64,000 nt of DNA from Amoebidium appalachense (GCA_963693365.1 CAVNZM010000011.1:1364001-1428000); one strand, 5' to 3'. Positions 1 through 27,091 are shown, counted from the first letter of the stretch. Program-made: numbers and translations. The notes: a model not told the origin generated them from the sequence alone.

Positions 1-497
1 CGTTACATACAGACCTTCTGATTGCTTCGAACGCAAGTATACATGCAGCCACGTATCACGATGCAGTCTTGGACACATCCACAGTGCACGGAGCCACACC
101 CACACACAAAGCACATACATCTTTATGCCGGGGGACCGCTTTGTACAAAACTGATAACCAACTATCGTCCCCTTCCTGGCCTCTCCCTCCGGATCCCCAG
201 GCACGTGCTCTTCGTTGAAGATGTGTCCGTAATTGAAATGGCGGCTGTGCAAAACCACCCCCTCCCCCCCACCGTTCACCCCGGCTCCCCCCCCACACCC
301 ACACCCACACGCTTACTCACCCACACCCACACGCACACAGGCACACATGCACACCAACACCCTCAGTACACTGTGTGTCGTCACGTTGTAATCAGGTTGG
401 GTTGGTCTTGGCCCTGGGAGCTTTCATTGTGTATCTTCGCAGTTTTATAACCAATCACTTGAGCTCCTTGCATTCATTGATGCACACTGCATTGCAG

Positions 498-8457
<7,960 letters not shown>

Positions 8458-8555
8458 GTTTTTTTTTGTTGTTGTTGTTGTTGTTGTTGTTGGGCTTTGG
8501 TTGGTTGGTTGGTTGGTTGGTGGTGGTGGTGGTGGTGGTGGTGGTGGTGGTGGTT

Positions 8556-8593
<38 letters not shown>

Positions 8594-9278
8594 ATCATAG
8601 TGGCATGCGCCTTGATCACAGTGATTTGCAGTTCAACTTGGTCTTTTTTTAGATTACGATTTATCCGTGCAAGCATGCATGTGTGTATGAGAATAGACAG
8701 ACATGAATGGTACGGAAGAGTATATTTGGACGTCCCTTTGTGTGTACTATCGGATCTAACATCTTATAATTCTACTTTCGTTTCCTTTCCCCCCCCACCC
8801 CTCCCCCTCTCCCCTCCTTCCCTTTTTTCCTGTTCCTGTATGCTCGTTTTCCCCATGTTCATATGTGCATGGGTGCATGTCCATGTGTGCGTGCGTGCAT
8901 GTGTGTGTGTGTCCGTGTGTGTGTTTGTGTGTGTGTGTGTGGGGTTCGTGTGTGTTTTCGTGCATCGTATTTGGAAGGCAAAGGAATAATGTTTTCGAAT
9001 GGGTGATGCGTAGAGCTAGGTTCAAAAGTGTGTTTTGTTTTTGCCCTGAGGTTTGGGATACCCCGTTTGGGTATGACGTCATGTCCATCAGCAGGTCAGT
9101 AGTGCCATTGTATTGTAATAATTGTACATACACCAGTGTGTTCGTAGGCTTGGCTGGCGGTGTTCATAGCCAATACATACTGATTGTACCATTCACTACA
9201 CGTGTGGACAGTAACAAAGCTCTCGGCCTGGAAACCTCCGAGCTTCCTTCCCCTCCGTCCCCCCCCCCCCTTCCCGGA

Positions 9279-9313
<35 letters not shown>

Positions 9314-9732
9314 ATAATGTGCCGAATAACCATGTCGCTGGCGCTTTTGTCGATTTTCTACGCTTTGCAGCCTGTTCAAAAAGTGCCGGCCTGGCTCGTC
9401 TACTTGTACTGGCACCAACAACGTAGCTGCAGCGCTGTGATTAGGCTTCAAGATTTGGTTTACCATACAGTTTGCGTCCGCGTGGAAGATTCCACACTTT
9501 TGGGGGGATGGGGACGGAATCTTATTTTTCAATTAGAAGGTCAAGTTTTGGCCGTCCTCATAATCTTAGCCGAGAGGAGGGCGGGGGGGGACCATTGCGA
9601 CATGCAAGTTGATGGTGGCTACTATACATCTCGAATTCGCTGTGTGGTGTACGTTTGTGTTTGTGCCCTCTTTGGAGAGTTGGGGCAGAGTTGGGGGGGG
9701 GAGGGGGAGGGGGAGAGAAGGGGGTGGTGGGT

Positions 9733-9798
<66 letters not shown>

Positions 9799-10548
9799 GA
9801 TGGTACTTTTGACCTGCTGCTCGTGTCGTATTTTTATTGTTGTTATTATTATTATTCCCATATTTTCTCGTTGTTTCTGAGTCAGGTGTCTTGTTTGGCA
9901 CCCGAAGATAATTTTTGACGACGTTGTGGGGCAGCGTTAATAATACTATGTGTTAATTAATATTAGCACCTTCCCCATGGCCTTTTCCGGCGTATATAAA
10001 TGTTGTCGCGTTCCTGCGGAGTAGAACGGAACTTATGTAGAGTGGAAGGAACCTCTTTTTTTTCTTCTTTTTTTTCCTTCTTTTCTTCTTTTCTTCTTTT
10101 TTTCTTCTTTTCATGCCCCAGGAAATCATTAAGTCGTTTTCTGTGTACTCTTACTGTGTATGAACGAGATATACCGCAACCATGATCACCCGTCCATTGA
10201 ATGGTTGGTTAGATGCCTGTAAAATAAATTTTAATACATAGATGGTCAGAAGGCAGCCGTGTTTTGAATGGTTTAATTTGGAAACCATGAAGACGGGCCC
10301 GGTTCAGGAAGTAGAGAATCAATCAATGCTACTGCTTATGTTTTCTTTCCACTAATATAGTACAGTACATCATATGGTACACTTGTTTCTGTGTGTGTAC
10401 ATGTATGTGTCAGCTGTGTGCACGTGTGTGTGTGTGTGTACACACGTGTGATACCGTCACGCGCACACTGTTATTTGATATTTGCAGTGCACTCAGATTA
10501 CATGTCGTCAGACACATTGTCCACAAAATCGCGACCGTCGCCCCTCAG

Positions 10549-11880
10549 GTACAACGATTTAGCCTGCGCCATCGAACCTTTTGGCCAACTGCATACCCGC
10601 CGTGTACCGGGTCTCCTTTTTGCGGATGATATTGTTCTTTGTTCCTTAACCGAAGACGTCATGGCACCAGATGCTTCGTCAGGTGGATCAATGGTGCACC
10701 GAGAATCTCATGACAGTCGGAATTGCAAAGTGTCCTACTTTTTCAAAAAACTCTTCCCTTCGATTGGCCGGTCTTCCTATTCCTGTTCAGAGCACCTATG
10801 ACAATTTGGGTATTCCTTTTACTGCACGGGGTATTGATTTCCGCAAGCTCCTCACGGCACGGATCGCTCGTGCGAAGGGTAAGCTTCACATCGTGTCAAA
10901 TATGTTTCACCGGGAGTCTGTGATCCATCCTGCGAACGAGTCTCTACTATAAAACTTTTTTACGGCCGACTTTCGAATATGGACTTCCGCTATTGGCCTG
11001 CGCCCCACCTCGCGAGGCGGCCGTGCGCGCTGAAAGAGTTCGACGATTTTCAGGGTACTGCGCTGCGCACTTTGTTTCGTACTCGGTTTATGCCTCCCTT
11101 AATTAGTATGTTTGGATTGTCGTCTGCTGTTTGTCGTATGGAGGAATTGTCTCTTCGTTTTTGTTTTCATTTAGTTAGGATACCTGATGGTCACCCTCAT
11201 TTTGCTTTCTTTCCCCCCCCCTCCCTCCATCCCTCTTCCCCCCCGATTCACCAACACCACTTCTGAATGTCCTCAGCCTACCCTCTTTCAACCTGATCCT
11301 TCCTCTCGCTATCTCACTCCCTCTTTCTTTTCTCTTCCTGTTTTTTCTGCCTTTTCGAGTTATTACCATACGCAGTATAAGTTTCTTTCTCGTTCTCATA
11401 GAGAAATCAAAGGTAAAACTCAGTCGGCATGTGTTATGTTCCTTAGGCAACACCGTACTGATCATTATCGCTTTTGGGAGCTTTGGCAGGATACATTTCT
11501 CCTGCTGTACGTATGAATACCACCCTAGTAGATAAGTCTGTATGGTGCTCTGATGTTGATATTGCCTGGGAAGTTGTGCAGTGGCATTGTAATTCTTGTT
11601 TCCATCGCCGCTGGTGCCACTTTTGTGCTGAACTTTTTCATCGAAAGCATGTTGATAGGTGTGAGTTTTTATGTCGCGTTTTGCCTCTTTCCCTACGGGT
11701 GTCTGCTACACTGGCTGGCAATGTGAACACTTTAGACTTTTTGTTGAATTCTGTTGGTCGTCACATTGAGTATTTATATGATTTTCACACAGTGTTCAGG
11801 TATCTCAGTATGCACTTGTTACTGGATAACTCGTGAAGTTTTTATTGTCTTCTCAGTATGCTGTGCATACTTGCATATCT
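10549..11880 (+). mobile_element. Decayed, 5'-truncated non-LTR retrotransposon (RT C-terminal half plus Cys/His C-terminal domain)
   Basis: Frameshifted ORFs encode YNDL...GLLFADDIVL (RT catalytic motif), WCTENLMTVGIAKC and YDNLGIPF. The C-terminus reads VVQWHCN..CHFCAELFHRKHVDRC..LDFLLN, with a stop at 11836. Confidence 0.85.
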
Positions 11881-12489
11881 TTCCGTCGAATAAATCCAGT
11901 CAAAAGAAGAATTTTTTTTTTCGGACTTTCAGGGACAATTTTCTGGCCCTAAACCCCCTAATTTCACAGCCTGAGCGACCCTCGGACAAAATTTGTCGGG
12001 AAAAAATGTGTTGAAATGTGTGTAACGAGTCGCATCGCGTGGATCTAAATATCTAAATGCTCGGCGAATTTAGAGAGCTAATGTCGTTCTCTAAATATCT
12101 AAAAGTCTGCTCGATTCGTGTAGAGCAGCTTAGAAACTGAATTAGCTAGATCGTAGATCGCAATTCTATTGGATAAGAGATATTTAGGCGAGTTCCAAGG
12201 ACCAATCGTCTCATCCCAGACATCTAGAAGACCCCCCCCCCCCCCCCCCCCTCTTCCAGATTCGCCCATCTGGAAGAGGGTCGAGGGGTTTACACACTTT
12301 TTATTGCGTGGACACTGTCGGGGGCCCAGCCACACTCGACGGCCTACTGCGTTTTCCAGCGCAGCCAATCAAATGCAGCTAGTGACAGATGTACGTGCTA
12401 AGCAACAATTAGCGCCATCGTAGTATACGACACCCCTATTACCCCTTCTCGCCGCTTGGATCAAGAAAGAGAGAACTAGAGCGCTTAAA

Positions 12490-13355
12490 CCCTTGGCAAA
12501 TTTCCTTGAAGCAGAAGTTGCCTCCTTTCTATCTAACAACTGTTGTAAACCTGGGCCTGTAACGCTCTCGATATATGGTCTGGTCCCAATAGCTGCTAGA
12601 GTATCCTATCTCGCGCTGAAATTCAATAAGCACATAAGCCGCTTAAAGAAGTATTTGCCCTCCCACCCTCTCTTCTCTATCCGACCTGTCCCCTCCTCAC
12701 CTCTCCCCTCTTTCCTTCCCTCTTTCTCCCCTTCTCCCCTGGGCACAAATACAAATAAACCCCGCAATAGTGTGTGTGTGACTTTGGACTGCCGCCACTT
12801 ACTTATTAAACATGTACACTGTGACAATCACAAGATAATCACGCAATATAACAAATGGAAAAAGATACCACACGACACTAGACCCGATGAAAGCATACAC
12901 CTTGAAAAACTAAGCCTTATGTCTCGTTTTATATATACTGACCGCCTCAACCATATTGCCAAATATGGCACTCGCAAATGTATAACACCTAAATACATAT
13001 TACCTTCCTGTAGAACTGGTCCTTCTCTAGCTGATTAGTATTATTGATCAATTACCACGCTTTTACTGTACACGTGCTATACAGTGGAGATCTAATAAGT
13101 ATAAGGTGGCATCATTTGCATGCCCAAACAACACACACACACACCAGTTTAACCGGTCATGTATCGCCAAATGTAGTTTGATAGACCACATAATACCGCA
13201 ACACACACACGTCACATTCACAACAGACACCCAGAAAGATAGCCTACCTGTAAATTACAACATCCTTGATTTTATACTAAACACGCGTAACTACGACCTG
13301 TTTATTAGATGTATTGATTGGCTTGAGAAACACATCACTACAAAATTCTAGCGCA

Positions 13356-13445
<90 letters not shown>
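12490..13445 (+). mobile_element. Non-LTR retrotransposon 3' fragment ending in a (CA)n tract
   Basis: YGLVPIAARVSYLALKF...YILPSCRT...QWRSNKY..CPN...FNRSCIAKC...ILDFILNTRNYDLFIRCIDWL is homologous to the C-terminus of 10549-11836. The stop at 13351 is followed almost at once by (CA)n. Confidence 0.75.
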
Positions 13446-13446
<1 letters not shown>

Positions 13447-13705
13447 CCAGCTGATACCGAGTGTCCCAGGGGAGCCCCTTTAAAAAAAAAAACAAAAAAA
13501 AAAACGGGGAACCCCAACTAATTGATTTCTCCTTGTAGTCTTTATGGTGTCTCGTAGAGAAAGTAAACCCTGATATATAGTCATCACCCGACATCTATGT
13601 ACGTGATCATGATATACCGCTGAGGGGATATTCCGAGCAAAACCCCCCCCCATACCTGAGACTGGTTTCTCTTTGCCTCGAGTAAACAGCGTAAACCCCT
13701 AGATA

Positions 13706-14060
13706 TTATGGGTAAGCAGAGGCTATTATCGGTAGCTCTGAAAGAAAGTCAAGACACCGTATCACAATATCATACTGTGCAGCATTAATTTATGAGGTGA
13801 TCTAGGATAGTCGTTTTAAAATGGATATATTGAGGAAGAGAGGGAGAAAAGAGAATGAAACCGCCAATAGCCACCGGTTCTATTACGTTAGCTAACAGGT
13901 TACACTTATTGATAGATATGCATCCGCGGGTAAACCGCCCCCCACACATATTACACATACGAGCAGGAGACACCAGAAACCGATTACACCGCCAAGCCAA
14001 TTATCATCTTTGCGTTTTTACACCACGCCACATTACGAATAAACGAATCTATGTAGGAAC
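13706..14060 (-). mobile_element. Non-LTR retrotransposon 3' fragment (same family)
   Basis: Reads LAWRCNR..CNMCGGRFTRGCISINKC..ILDHLIN, then after a frameshift AAQYDIVIRCLDFL. Confidence 0.7.
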
Positions 14061-14393
14061 GAGACTCTCTAACCAATCAATCAAGATTTTATGCAAACTT
14101 TAAACTTTTAATAGATCGATCGGATTGCGGAAGTTTTATACGTAAATTTAACAATCTAGATATTTAGATATTTAGATCCACGCGATGCGACTCAATATCG
14201 CGGGCCACGATCTCAATTTCAAACCTCAATTGCAAGGCACAGGTGCGGATTTTCGAAGCCGGGTCAATAAAACACTTCAGGGCTATAATCCGAAACGTGA
14301 CGGGGCATGAAATCATGTAAATGTCGGGGCCGCCCCGGCCGCCGATCGCGACTTACAATCACGGTGGGCCGCAGCCGTTGGAAAGGGAAAGGG

Positions 14394-14442
<49 letters not shown>

Positions 14443-14716
14443 CGGGCCGAAGGGGGGGGGGGGGGGGGAAGGGGGGGGGGGCGGGGGGGAAGGGGACTGG
14501 GGGGGGGGGGTGGGGGGGGGGTGGGGGGGGGGTGGGGGAGGGCGGGGGGGGGGGGGGGGGGGGGGGGATGGGTTGGAAAGCTGGGGGGGGGGGGGGGGGG
14601 AGGGGGGGGGGGGGCAGGCCACGCGGTTCAGCATTGGGAAGGGAAGGGGAAGAGAGGGGGGGGGGGGGGGGGGGGGGGGGAGGGGGGGGGTGGAGACTTG
14701 TGATAGATCGCAAATC

Positions 14717-14762
14717 GTCGATTTTAGTCGACGTTTTGGCCAAAACGTCGACTAAGATTGAC
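14717..14762. repeat. Palindrome with a 32-bp perfect core
   Basis: TTAGTCGACGTTTTGG|CCAAAACGTCGACTAA at 14724-14755, extendable to 14717-14762 with two G-T mismatches. Confidence 0.9.
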
Positions 14763-15039
14763 TTTTTGCCGAGACCCCTACTGTGGCCTTATGGAGCCGC
14801 CGCACCCAGGGTTTCTTGGTACCCCCCCCCCCGCTAGAGGGGTATATCAACAAATCTACCTGAGAACCGTGAAAGTTAATTGACACGGTGCCATCAGGGC
14901 AAAACACATCATTCATTACAGTAGCATAGACCACGGCAAATTCATTCCAATGCATCGCAAAAATATCTAACAAGTCTCTCTCAGTGTCATACCGCAACTA
15001 CAAATATCTCGTCGTAGATGCTACGATGCCTCTCCATCT

Positions 15040-15160
15040 CTCTTGATGCTAACTATTCGCCTTCGCCGCAATTATTGCAAATATATCCTACAATCCCCCT
15101 CGATGCTAACTATTCGCCTTCGTGTAATTATTGCAAATATATCCTACAGCCCTCTCTCGA
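15040..15160. repeat. Short tandem duplication, ~58 bp x2, downstream of the UBL-IPT gene
   Basis: gatgctaactattcgccttcg..aattattgcaaatatatcctaca occurs twice. Confidence 0.75.
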
Positions 15161-15181
15161 TATAAATTACCGCAAAGATAT

Positions 15182-20441
<5,260 letters not shown>

Positions 20442-21778
20442 AGTGTACGTGCAAATGGTAGTTGCATCGAAGGATCGGTCCGCGCACAAACTGAGTTTGG
20501 AGATGGCGAGTGCAGTTTGCCGCTTCAGAGCCTGCTTTGAAGCATAGACAGACACGTGCACCCTGCAACGTGTGTGTAAAATGAGGTGTCTAAGTACGTG
20601 TTGATCGATGTCGATGCTGTGTGTACACACAAGCACTGACGGGGTGAACTGTAGTTTAGCCGAATGGCCAAAGCTAAGAACTTATGCGAGAAAACCAACA
20701 GAACATGAACATGTGCACCGTGCAGTGGAACAGAGCTCAGAAGTCGCCTAAGGCGCATAACCTTTGTTCCTTCAATCTTCGAATCGTCTTGCTAGGTTGT
20801 CTCGAATCGCTTTGCTAGGTATAATTGTACGTGTTCCTACCAGTCGGGACAGCTGTGTGTCATACATACCGGCGCGCAAGAACACCCGTCAGTGACCTCG
20901 GTATCATAATAAGTTTTGTTCTTGTGTGGTCACTCTACAGTAGAAGTCATGTTCACTGGCAGTGCACTGACTTGATTACGTGATTGTGGCTCAGTCGAGG
21001 CTCAGTCGTACTTTAGGGTCAGTGAGCCATCGGGTCGGGCCGGTAACATGCGTTTCGACGACCCGGAAAAACCTGTGGATGCCTGGGTGGTGGAAGCACG
21101 TGGTGCTGCATGTGTGTGCACGTGCTGGGCTGGCCTAGGTCCAATGCTTTTGAGCGGGGTTGTACGTGTTCATAGGCAGAAAATGTGTAGTGTGCATTCG
21201 TGTGAAGGAGAGGACGCGTGACGTCCCGTGGTGGTGGTGGTGGTGGTGGGTAGGTGGATGGTGGTGGTGGTGTGTGTTTAGTGGGAGCTCTGGGGGGGGG
21301 GGGGGGGGGGGGGGGAGGGGGGAGGTTGGTTTGGGGGGGGGGGGGGGGGGGGTTCTACACCTGGGCAGAACGTCAAACCCTTCTTGCAAGGCTTTACTTC
21401 TGCGTAAATACAAGTGTATGGGGGTTTCTGGTCTCCACAGACCCACCCATAGGGACGGAGGCCCCCACGGGGGGGTGCATTCTTGCCATTTTCGTTCGTA
21501 GCCAACCAGAAAACCGGCCCGCGGTACTTGAAACTGTCTCCCTAGACACCCTTGATGCCGGGTTACTAGAAAACTCTGACTTAGACAAACCAACCAATCA
21601 AAAATACAAATACGGAAACCAGCACGCAGCGTCTAACTCTGCAGCGCATTCATATCCAATCAAAACGATCTGCCGTTGGCCAAATATGGGCATTTACCCG
21701 ATATGACAACACCATGCTATCTACATAATGCAGCGTGTTGCCCTCCTATAGGCCAAAAATCACGTGCTAGAAGGAAGA

Positions 21779-21849
21779 TTAGTGGCCGTAGCTTCCACCA
21801 CCGCGCCGAATGCCACCGGTAGCATAGCCACCACGACCAGCCCCACGAC

Positions 21850-21891
<42 letters not shown>

Positions 21892-23570
21892 CTTCAGCAT
21901 GTCATGATTCATTGATTTATTTTGTGGGGGAAAAGGGGGGGGGGGGGGGGGGGGGGGGGACATCAGCTAGTGCAGGGTGGGGTCCAACAAGATAGCACAG
22001 TACAAACGAAAATTGACGAACACCTGCACACCACTACTCCCCGCGGCCCTGAATCTTTCTTAGTCGAAGATATATCCCAGCACTACAACAAACGGGTTGG
22101 CTCAATCAGCTTTGGCAAGCAAGGAATAATATCTGAAATGCCCCCCCCCCCCCCCCCCTCCCCCCCCCCCTCCCCCTCTTTCTCCTTTCCCCCTCCACAC
22201 CCACACGCACCCACACGCACACACCATCACCACCACCACCACCACCCACCCACCCACAAACACATCCCACCACCATCACCACCACCACCACCACCACCAC
22301 TACCCACCCACCCACCGACCCACAAACACATCCGACCACCACCACCACCACCCTAAACCCACACAAAGTGAGAGCAAGCCAACATCATCTTAGACCATGC
22401 ATACTATAGCTAACATTCAACTTTGCTACTCGCAAGCAAAATCTCTTTCCACTAGGTACCTTTGCCCCTCATCCAGCATTTCCCTACTAACCACCCATAT
22501 TCCCCCCCCCCCCCCCTCCCCCCCTCCCCCTGTGTGTATGTGTGTGTATACGTGTGTGTGTGCGCTTGTTTGTTTGTTTGTTTGGAGGCGGTGCACATAC
22601 CCCAGCTCGAGCCGCCACGGCCACCCATGCGTGGGGGCGGACCGTTCATGTTGCTGTTGTCCTTGGGGGTCTTTGAGCGCTCCTCGACCAGCAGGGTGGA
22701 CCCGTGGATGGTGTATGGGCCCCGGTCACGCACTACCTGGATGGCCTCGGCATGCGACAGGTCCACAAACCCAATGCCCTGCAGAGGGTGTGTCTTAGTT
22801 GCATGCAAAAGGGGTGGGTGTGGGGACACAACGGTATGGTGGGCTGGCAATGACATGCAAACCACACACACGCACGCGCGGAGGTCTTTTCTTTTCTTTT
22901 TCGTTCTTTTTCCTTTCCTTTTTTTGGGGGTGGTGATGATGGTGGTGGTGGTGGTGGTGGCGGTGGTGGTGGTGGTGGTGGTGGTGGGGGGGGGGGGGGG
23001 GGGGGGGGGATAAGTAGATGTCCGGGAATTTGTGTGCGCCTACCTCCCTTAGTGTGTGTGAAAAGAGGGAAAGGGGTGGTGGTGGTGGGGTGGGGGGGGG
23101 GGGGGGGGGGGGGGGGGGGCTAGAATGTGCTACGAAGAATAAGGTACACATTCATAACAGACAACACAATGCAGAGTGCCAAGCACATAAAACAGTATCC
23201 AAAATAAGCAGTGCGATTCATCAGAGTGGAACCCATGTCATCCACAGCACCTGGGAGAGGGTGGGAAGGGGGGGGGGGGGGGGGGGGGGGGGCTTCTATA
23301 CCTTGTCCTTGATGATGGACAGAGACAGGACCTGGAAGGGGGCCGGCAGGGCCTCAGTGAACACGGCCCTCAGCTCGTCCTCCGTGGTGCCCAGGGGGAT
23401 GTGCCGCACAAACACACCGGGCCCCTTCTCCCTTCTTCCGCCCTGGCTCATGCCCCCAGACTGGCTGGCATCAACAAGCCGTGGGCCCCCAGCTCCGGCC
23501 GGCCGGGGCTGGGAGGGCAAAGGTGCCTGCACCGTGGCAACGGCAGGTGCCTGTGTGTGTGTGAGTGTGT

Positions 23571-23609
<39 letters not shown>

Positions 23610-23718
23610 AGGGGGGAGGGAAAGTAATACCGTTTGTAAGTGAGCAAGTGTGTTTTAGTGTGTGTATGAGGTGTTTGTGTATGCACATGGTGGTGGTGGT
23701 GGTTTGTTGAGGGAGAAA

Positions 23719-23758
<40 letters not shown>

Positions 23759-24947
23759 CCCTACATGCGGTAGCTTCGTGGGTGGACTGCAAGTAAAACT
23801 TTGTTGGTGGAGTGTGCAGCTGCATGCAAGGATTTTTAAGGGTGAAGGGTGAAGTGTACAGGATTCTTGAACGTGCAGTGTGCAGCTACATGCATGGATC
23901 ACGAGTGTATGCTGTGGGTGCTCCGTGAGGTGAGCATGCAGGACACAGCAACCAACTTCTCCTGCTCAGCCCCTAACCTCACAACCAATTGCGGGTGGGA
24001 GTGTGGTTTCTTTGCCCAAGAACATGAAAAAGGCGGGGGGGGGGGGGGGGGGGGGGGGGGGGATAGTGATGGTACGGTGCATATCAACGGGTGTGGTGGT
24101 GGTGGTGTTCAAAGGGGGGGGGGGGGGGGGGGGGGGGGGAGGGGGTGGTTAGAGGACACGTACGGGCACACGGGCAGGCAGAGATGTGCCTGTGCGCATG
24201 TTTGCCGGGCGGGGGCTGCCACCAGTGATGGAGGCAAAGGTCTTTGGCCGGGGAGGCTCCTGCACCACCGGCTGAGGGGGCTGCATGATATAGGGAGAAA
24301 AGGGAGAAAAGGGAGAAAAGGGAGGCCGGAGAGCGGGGAGGGGGATAGAATGTGTTAAAGGTGAAATACACACACGACAATCAACACGACCCCGGGGGGG
24401 GGGGGCTATACTGAGTGGGTGGGGACACGGCAGCACTTGGGTGGGAAAGGGTGGAGGAAAGGAGATGGGACACTGGGATTCCCCATGAAGGGAGCAATAC
24501 AAGCTGAATGAGAGTAGGGTGCAAAGAATTGCATGGGTCGTGGCATGGTGGTGGTGCACAGAGAGGTGACAGAGGTGTGTGCCTGTGTGTGTGTGTGATG
24601 TGCCTGTGCCTGTGCCTTTGTGTGTGTGTGTGTGTGTGTGCGTGTGTGCCCTGTGTGTGTGTGTACTGTGTGTGTGTGTGCATACATGTGTGTGTGTGTT
24701 GGGGGGGGGGGGGGGGAAGGGGGAAGTCACGACGACATCAATAGGCAACGAGGAAATGCTTTTGCATGAGCACATGGTCTACCCACTGGAATAAACACAC
24801 CCCAACGGCCTCTACCACACAGACACAGGCACTTTGCCACAGCATTGCACCCCACCGTCCTCAGTGGCCCTCGCAAAAACGACCATAATGCCCCCTCCCA
24901 ACTTTGGTGGCCTAATTATCCCCCCCCCCCCCCCCCCCCCCCCCCCA

Positions 24948-24985
<38 letters not shown>

Positions 24986-25305
24986 CACCTACCGCCTGGC
25001 TGGGCTGGGGGGGTGTTGCAACCCTCTGGACCTTTGGCGATGCTGGGGCCGGTGCCGGGGTAGGCTCTACGTACACGGGGGGCACGGGCACGGGCTCCGG
25101 TTCCGGTTCCGGTTCGGGCTCTGGCTCGTACACTTCCGGTTCGGGCTCAGGCTCGGGCTCCGGCTCGGGTTCTGGCTCGGGCTGGAGCTCTGGCTCTGGC
25201 TCGTATGTCTGGTTCATAGCTGGCTCGGTGTTCTCGTAGTAGGCAGCTGGGGTGTCTTCAGGCTGGGCCTGAGACACCTCTGTGGTTTCTTCGTACGCCT
25301 GCGCA

Positions 25306-25344
<39 letters not shown>

Positions 25345-26173
25345 ATGGACCACGGGTGTTAGGTGTCATTGTGCAATGCTTGGCAAGGGAAGAGTGGGAG
25401 TTTGTGGTAACTTGTGTCGGCATGGTGCTCTCAGACAGTAGGCCAGCACAACAGTTGTGCACAATACTGTTAGTCCTCCCCTCTCCCCCCCACCCCCCAC
25501 CCCTCCCCACAGCCCCTAACTCCCCGTGACTACAAGCATTCCCATTCCCCCACCCCCACCCCCCCACCCCCCCACACACCCATCCAAAAAACACAAACAC
25601 ACGCCCGGGCACAACCACATCGCGAATCTCGCCCCACAGCTTTTCACACTTTCCATGCTCCAAACACTTTCGATACCAGATACCAACACACAGGGTTGGG
25701 AGGGGGGGGTAGAGTGTGCAATAGAGGTGAGTGGGTCCTTGTACATGGTGTACGAGCCTGTCATTCACGTTTAAAAATCGTGTCATACATCAATGATCTC
25801 CAGCCATGTAGGCAAGTGTGGGTGTTGGTGCAGATGTGCACGTATGCGAGAGCATTTGACAAGGCAGGTATCAGCCAAGCAGATACATCTGAGGATTTTT
25901 CCAGAACAAGCAGGTTCACGCCATTTTTGACATACAACACTGCTATGCCCGTGTGCCTGTCTGGGTGCAAGCACGTCTGCCACACCTTTACGGCTGTACT
26001 GTTTCCCTGTGTACATGTGGATACTTGCGTGCAGTTCTCTTGCTGGCATCCGCATGCGAGTGTGTGGGTGCAGTTCAAGCAGCTAAAACGGTGATGTGCG
26101 TGATTTTGTTCACGTGTGTGCTGTGTTAGCCGGAAAAGGTGAGACAGTGGCTCAGACAGGTTCTTTTTTTTTT

Positions 26174-26221
<48 letters not shown>

Positions 26222-27060
26222 GGAGGGGGGAGGGGAGAGGGGGGGACTAACCTGCTCTACGTACTCCTGGGTGGTGTCTGGGCCGGCCACAACCACGTCC
26301 TCCTCATGAAGCAGTCTGCAAACAAAGAGTGTGGTCAGGGCAGTGTGCAAACAGACAGAGTGGTCAGAGCAGGGTGCAGGCAGACAGAGTGGTCAGGGCA
26401 GGGTGCAGGCAGAAAGTGTGGTCAGGGCAGTGTGCAAACAACCAAACAAGAGTGGTCAGGGCAGTGTGCAAACAAACAGACAGAGTGGTCAGGGCAGTGT
26501 GCAAACAAACAAACAGAGTGGTCAGGGCAGTGTGCAAACAAACAAACAGAGTGGTCAGGGCAGTGTGCAAACAAATAAACAGAATGGCCAGGGCAGTGTG
26601 CAAACAAACAAACAGAGTGATCAGGGCAGGGTGCAGGCAGACACAGTGAGAGTGATCAGGGCAGGGTGCAGGCAGACACAGTGGTCAGGGCAGTGTGTAG
26701 GCAGAAAGATGGGGCCTAACCGAGACTTGCAATCAGCCATGCACAACCACAGCCCATCCCAACACCACCCATGCCAGCATGCAAGCAAGCAAGCAATCAC
26801 ACAACCACGCAGGGCACCCACCCGAAGATGTCGTTGACCACGGTGTAGTTCTTGCCGCTTGCACTCTGGGCCAGCACAAATGTCTGCACAAAGTGGCGCA
26901 CATTCTGGCCGGGGGTGAAGAACTCCCCCGTGACGACAATCAGCAGCTTGCCGGGGGGCACACTGTGCACGCTCATCGTCTTGACCACCACCTGCGATCC
27001 GGCCTGAAGGTTCTCAAGTATCGCTGCACCAATCGCCTGCAGCAAATAACAATTAGAATG

Positions 27061-27091
<31 letters not shown>

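Larger units (their letters stand above)
12027..14193. mobile_element. Non-autonomous element with 32-bp perfect terminal inverted repeats
   Basis: GAGTCGCATCGCGTGGATCTAAATATCTAAAT at 12027-12058 and its exact reverse complement at 14162-14193. Subterminal TCTAAATATCTA repeats are present. No transposase ORF and no clear target-site duplication. Confidence 0.75.

Noticed and set aside
1-497. Upstream exons of the DDHD gene
   Set aside because: Candidate AG/GT pairs exist, but none gives a recognisable family motif.
8950-9660. Complex sequence with minus-strand ORFs
   Set aside because: No recognisable motif or consistent exon chain.
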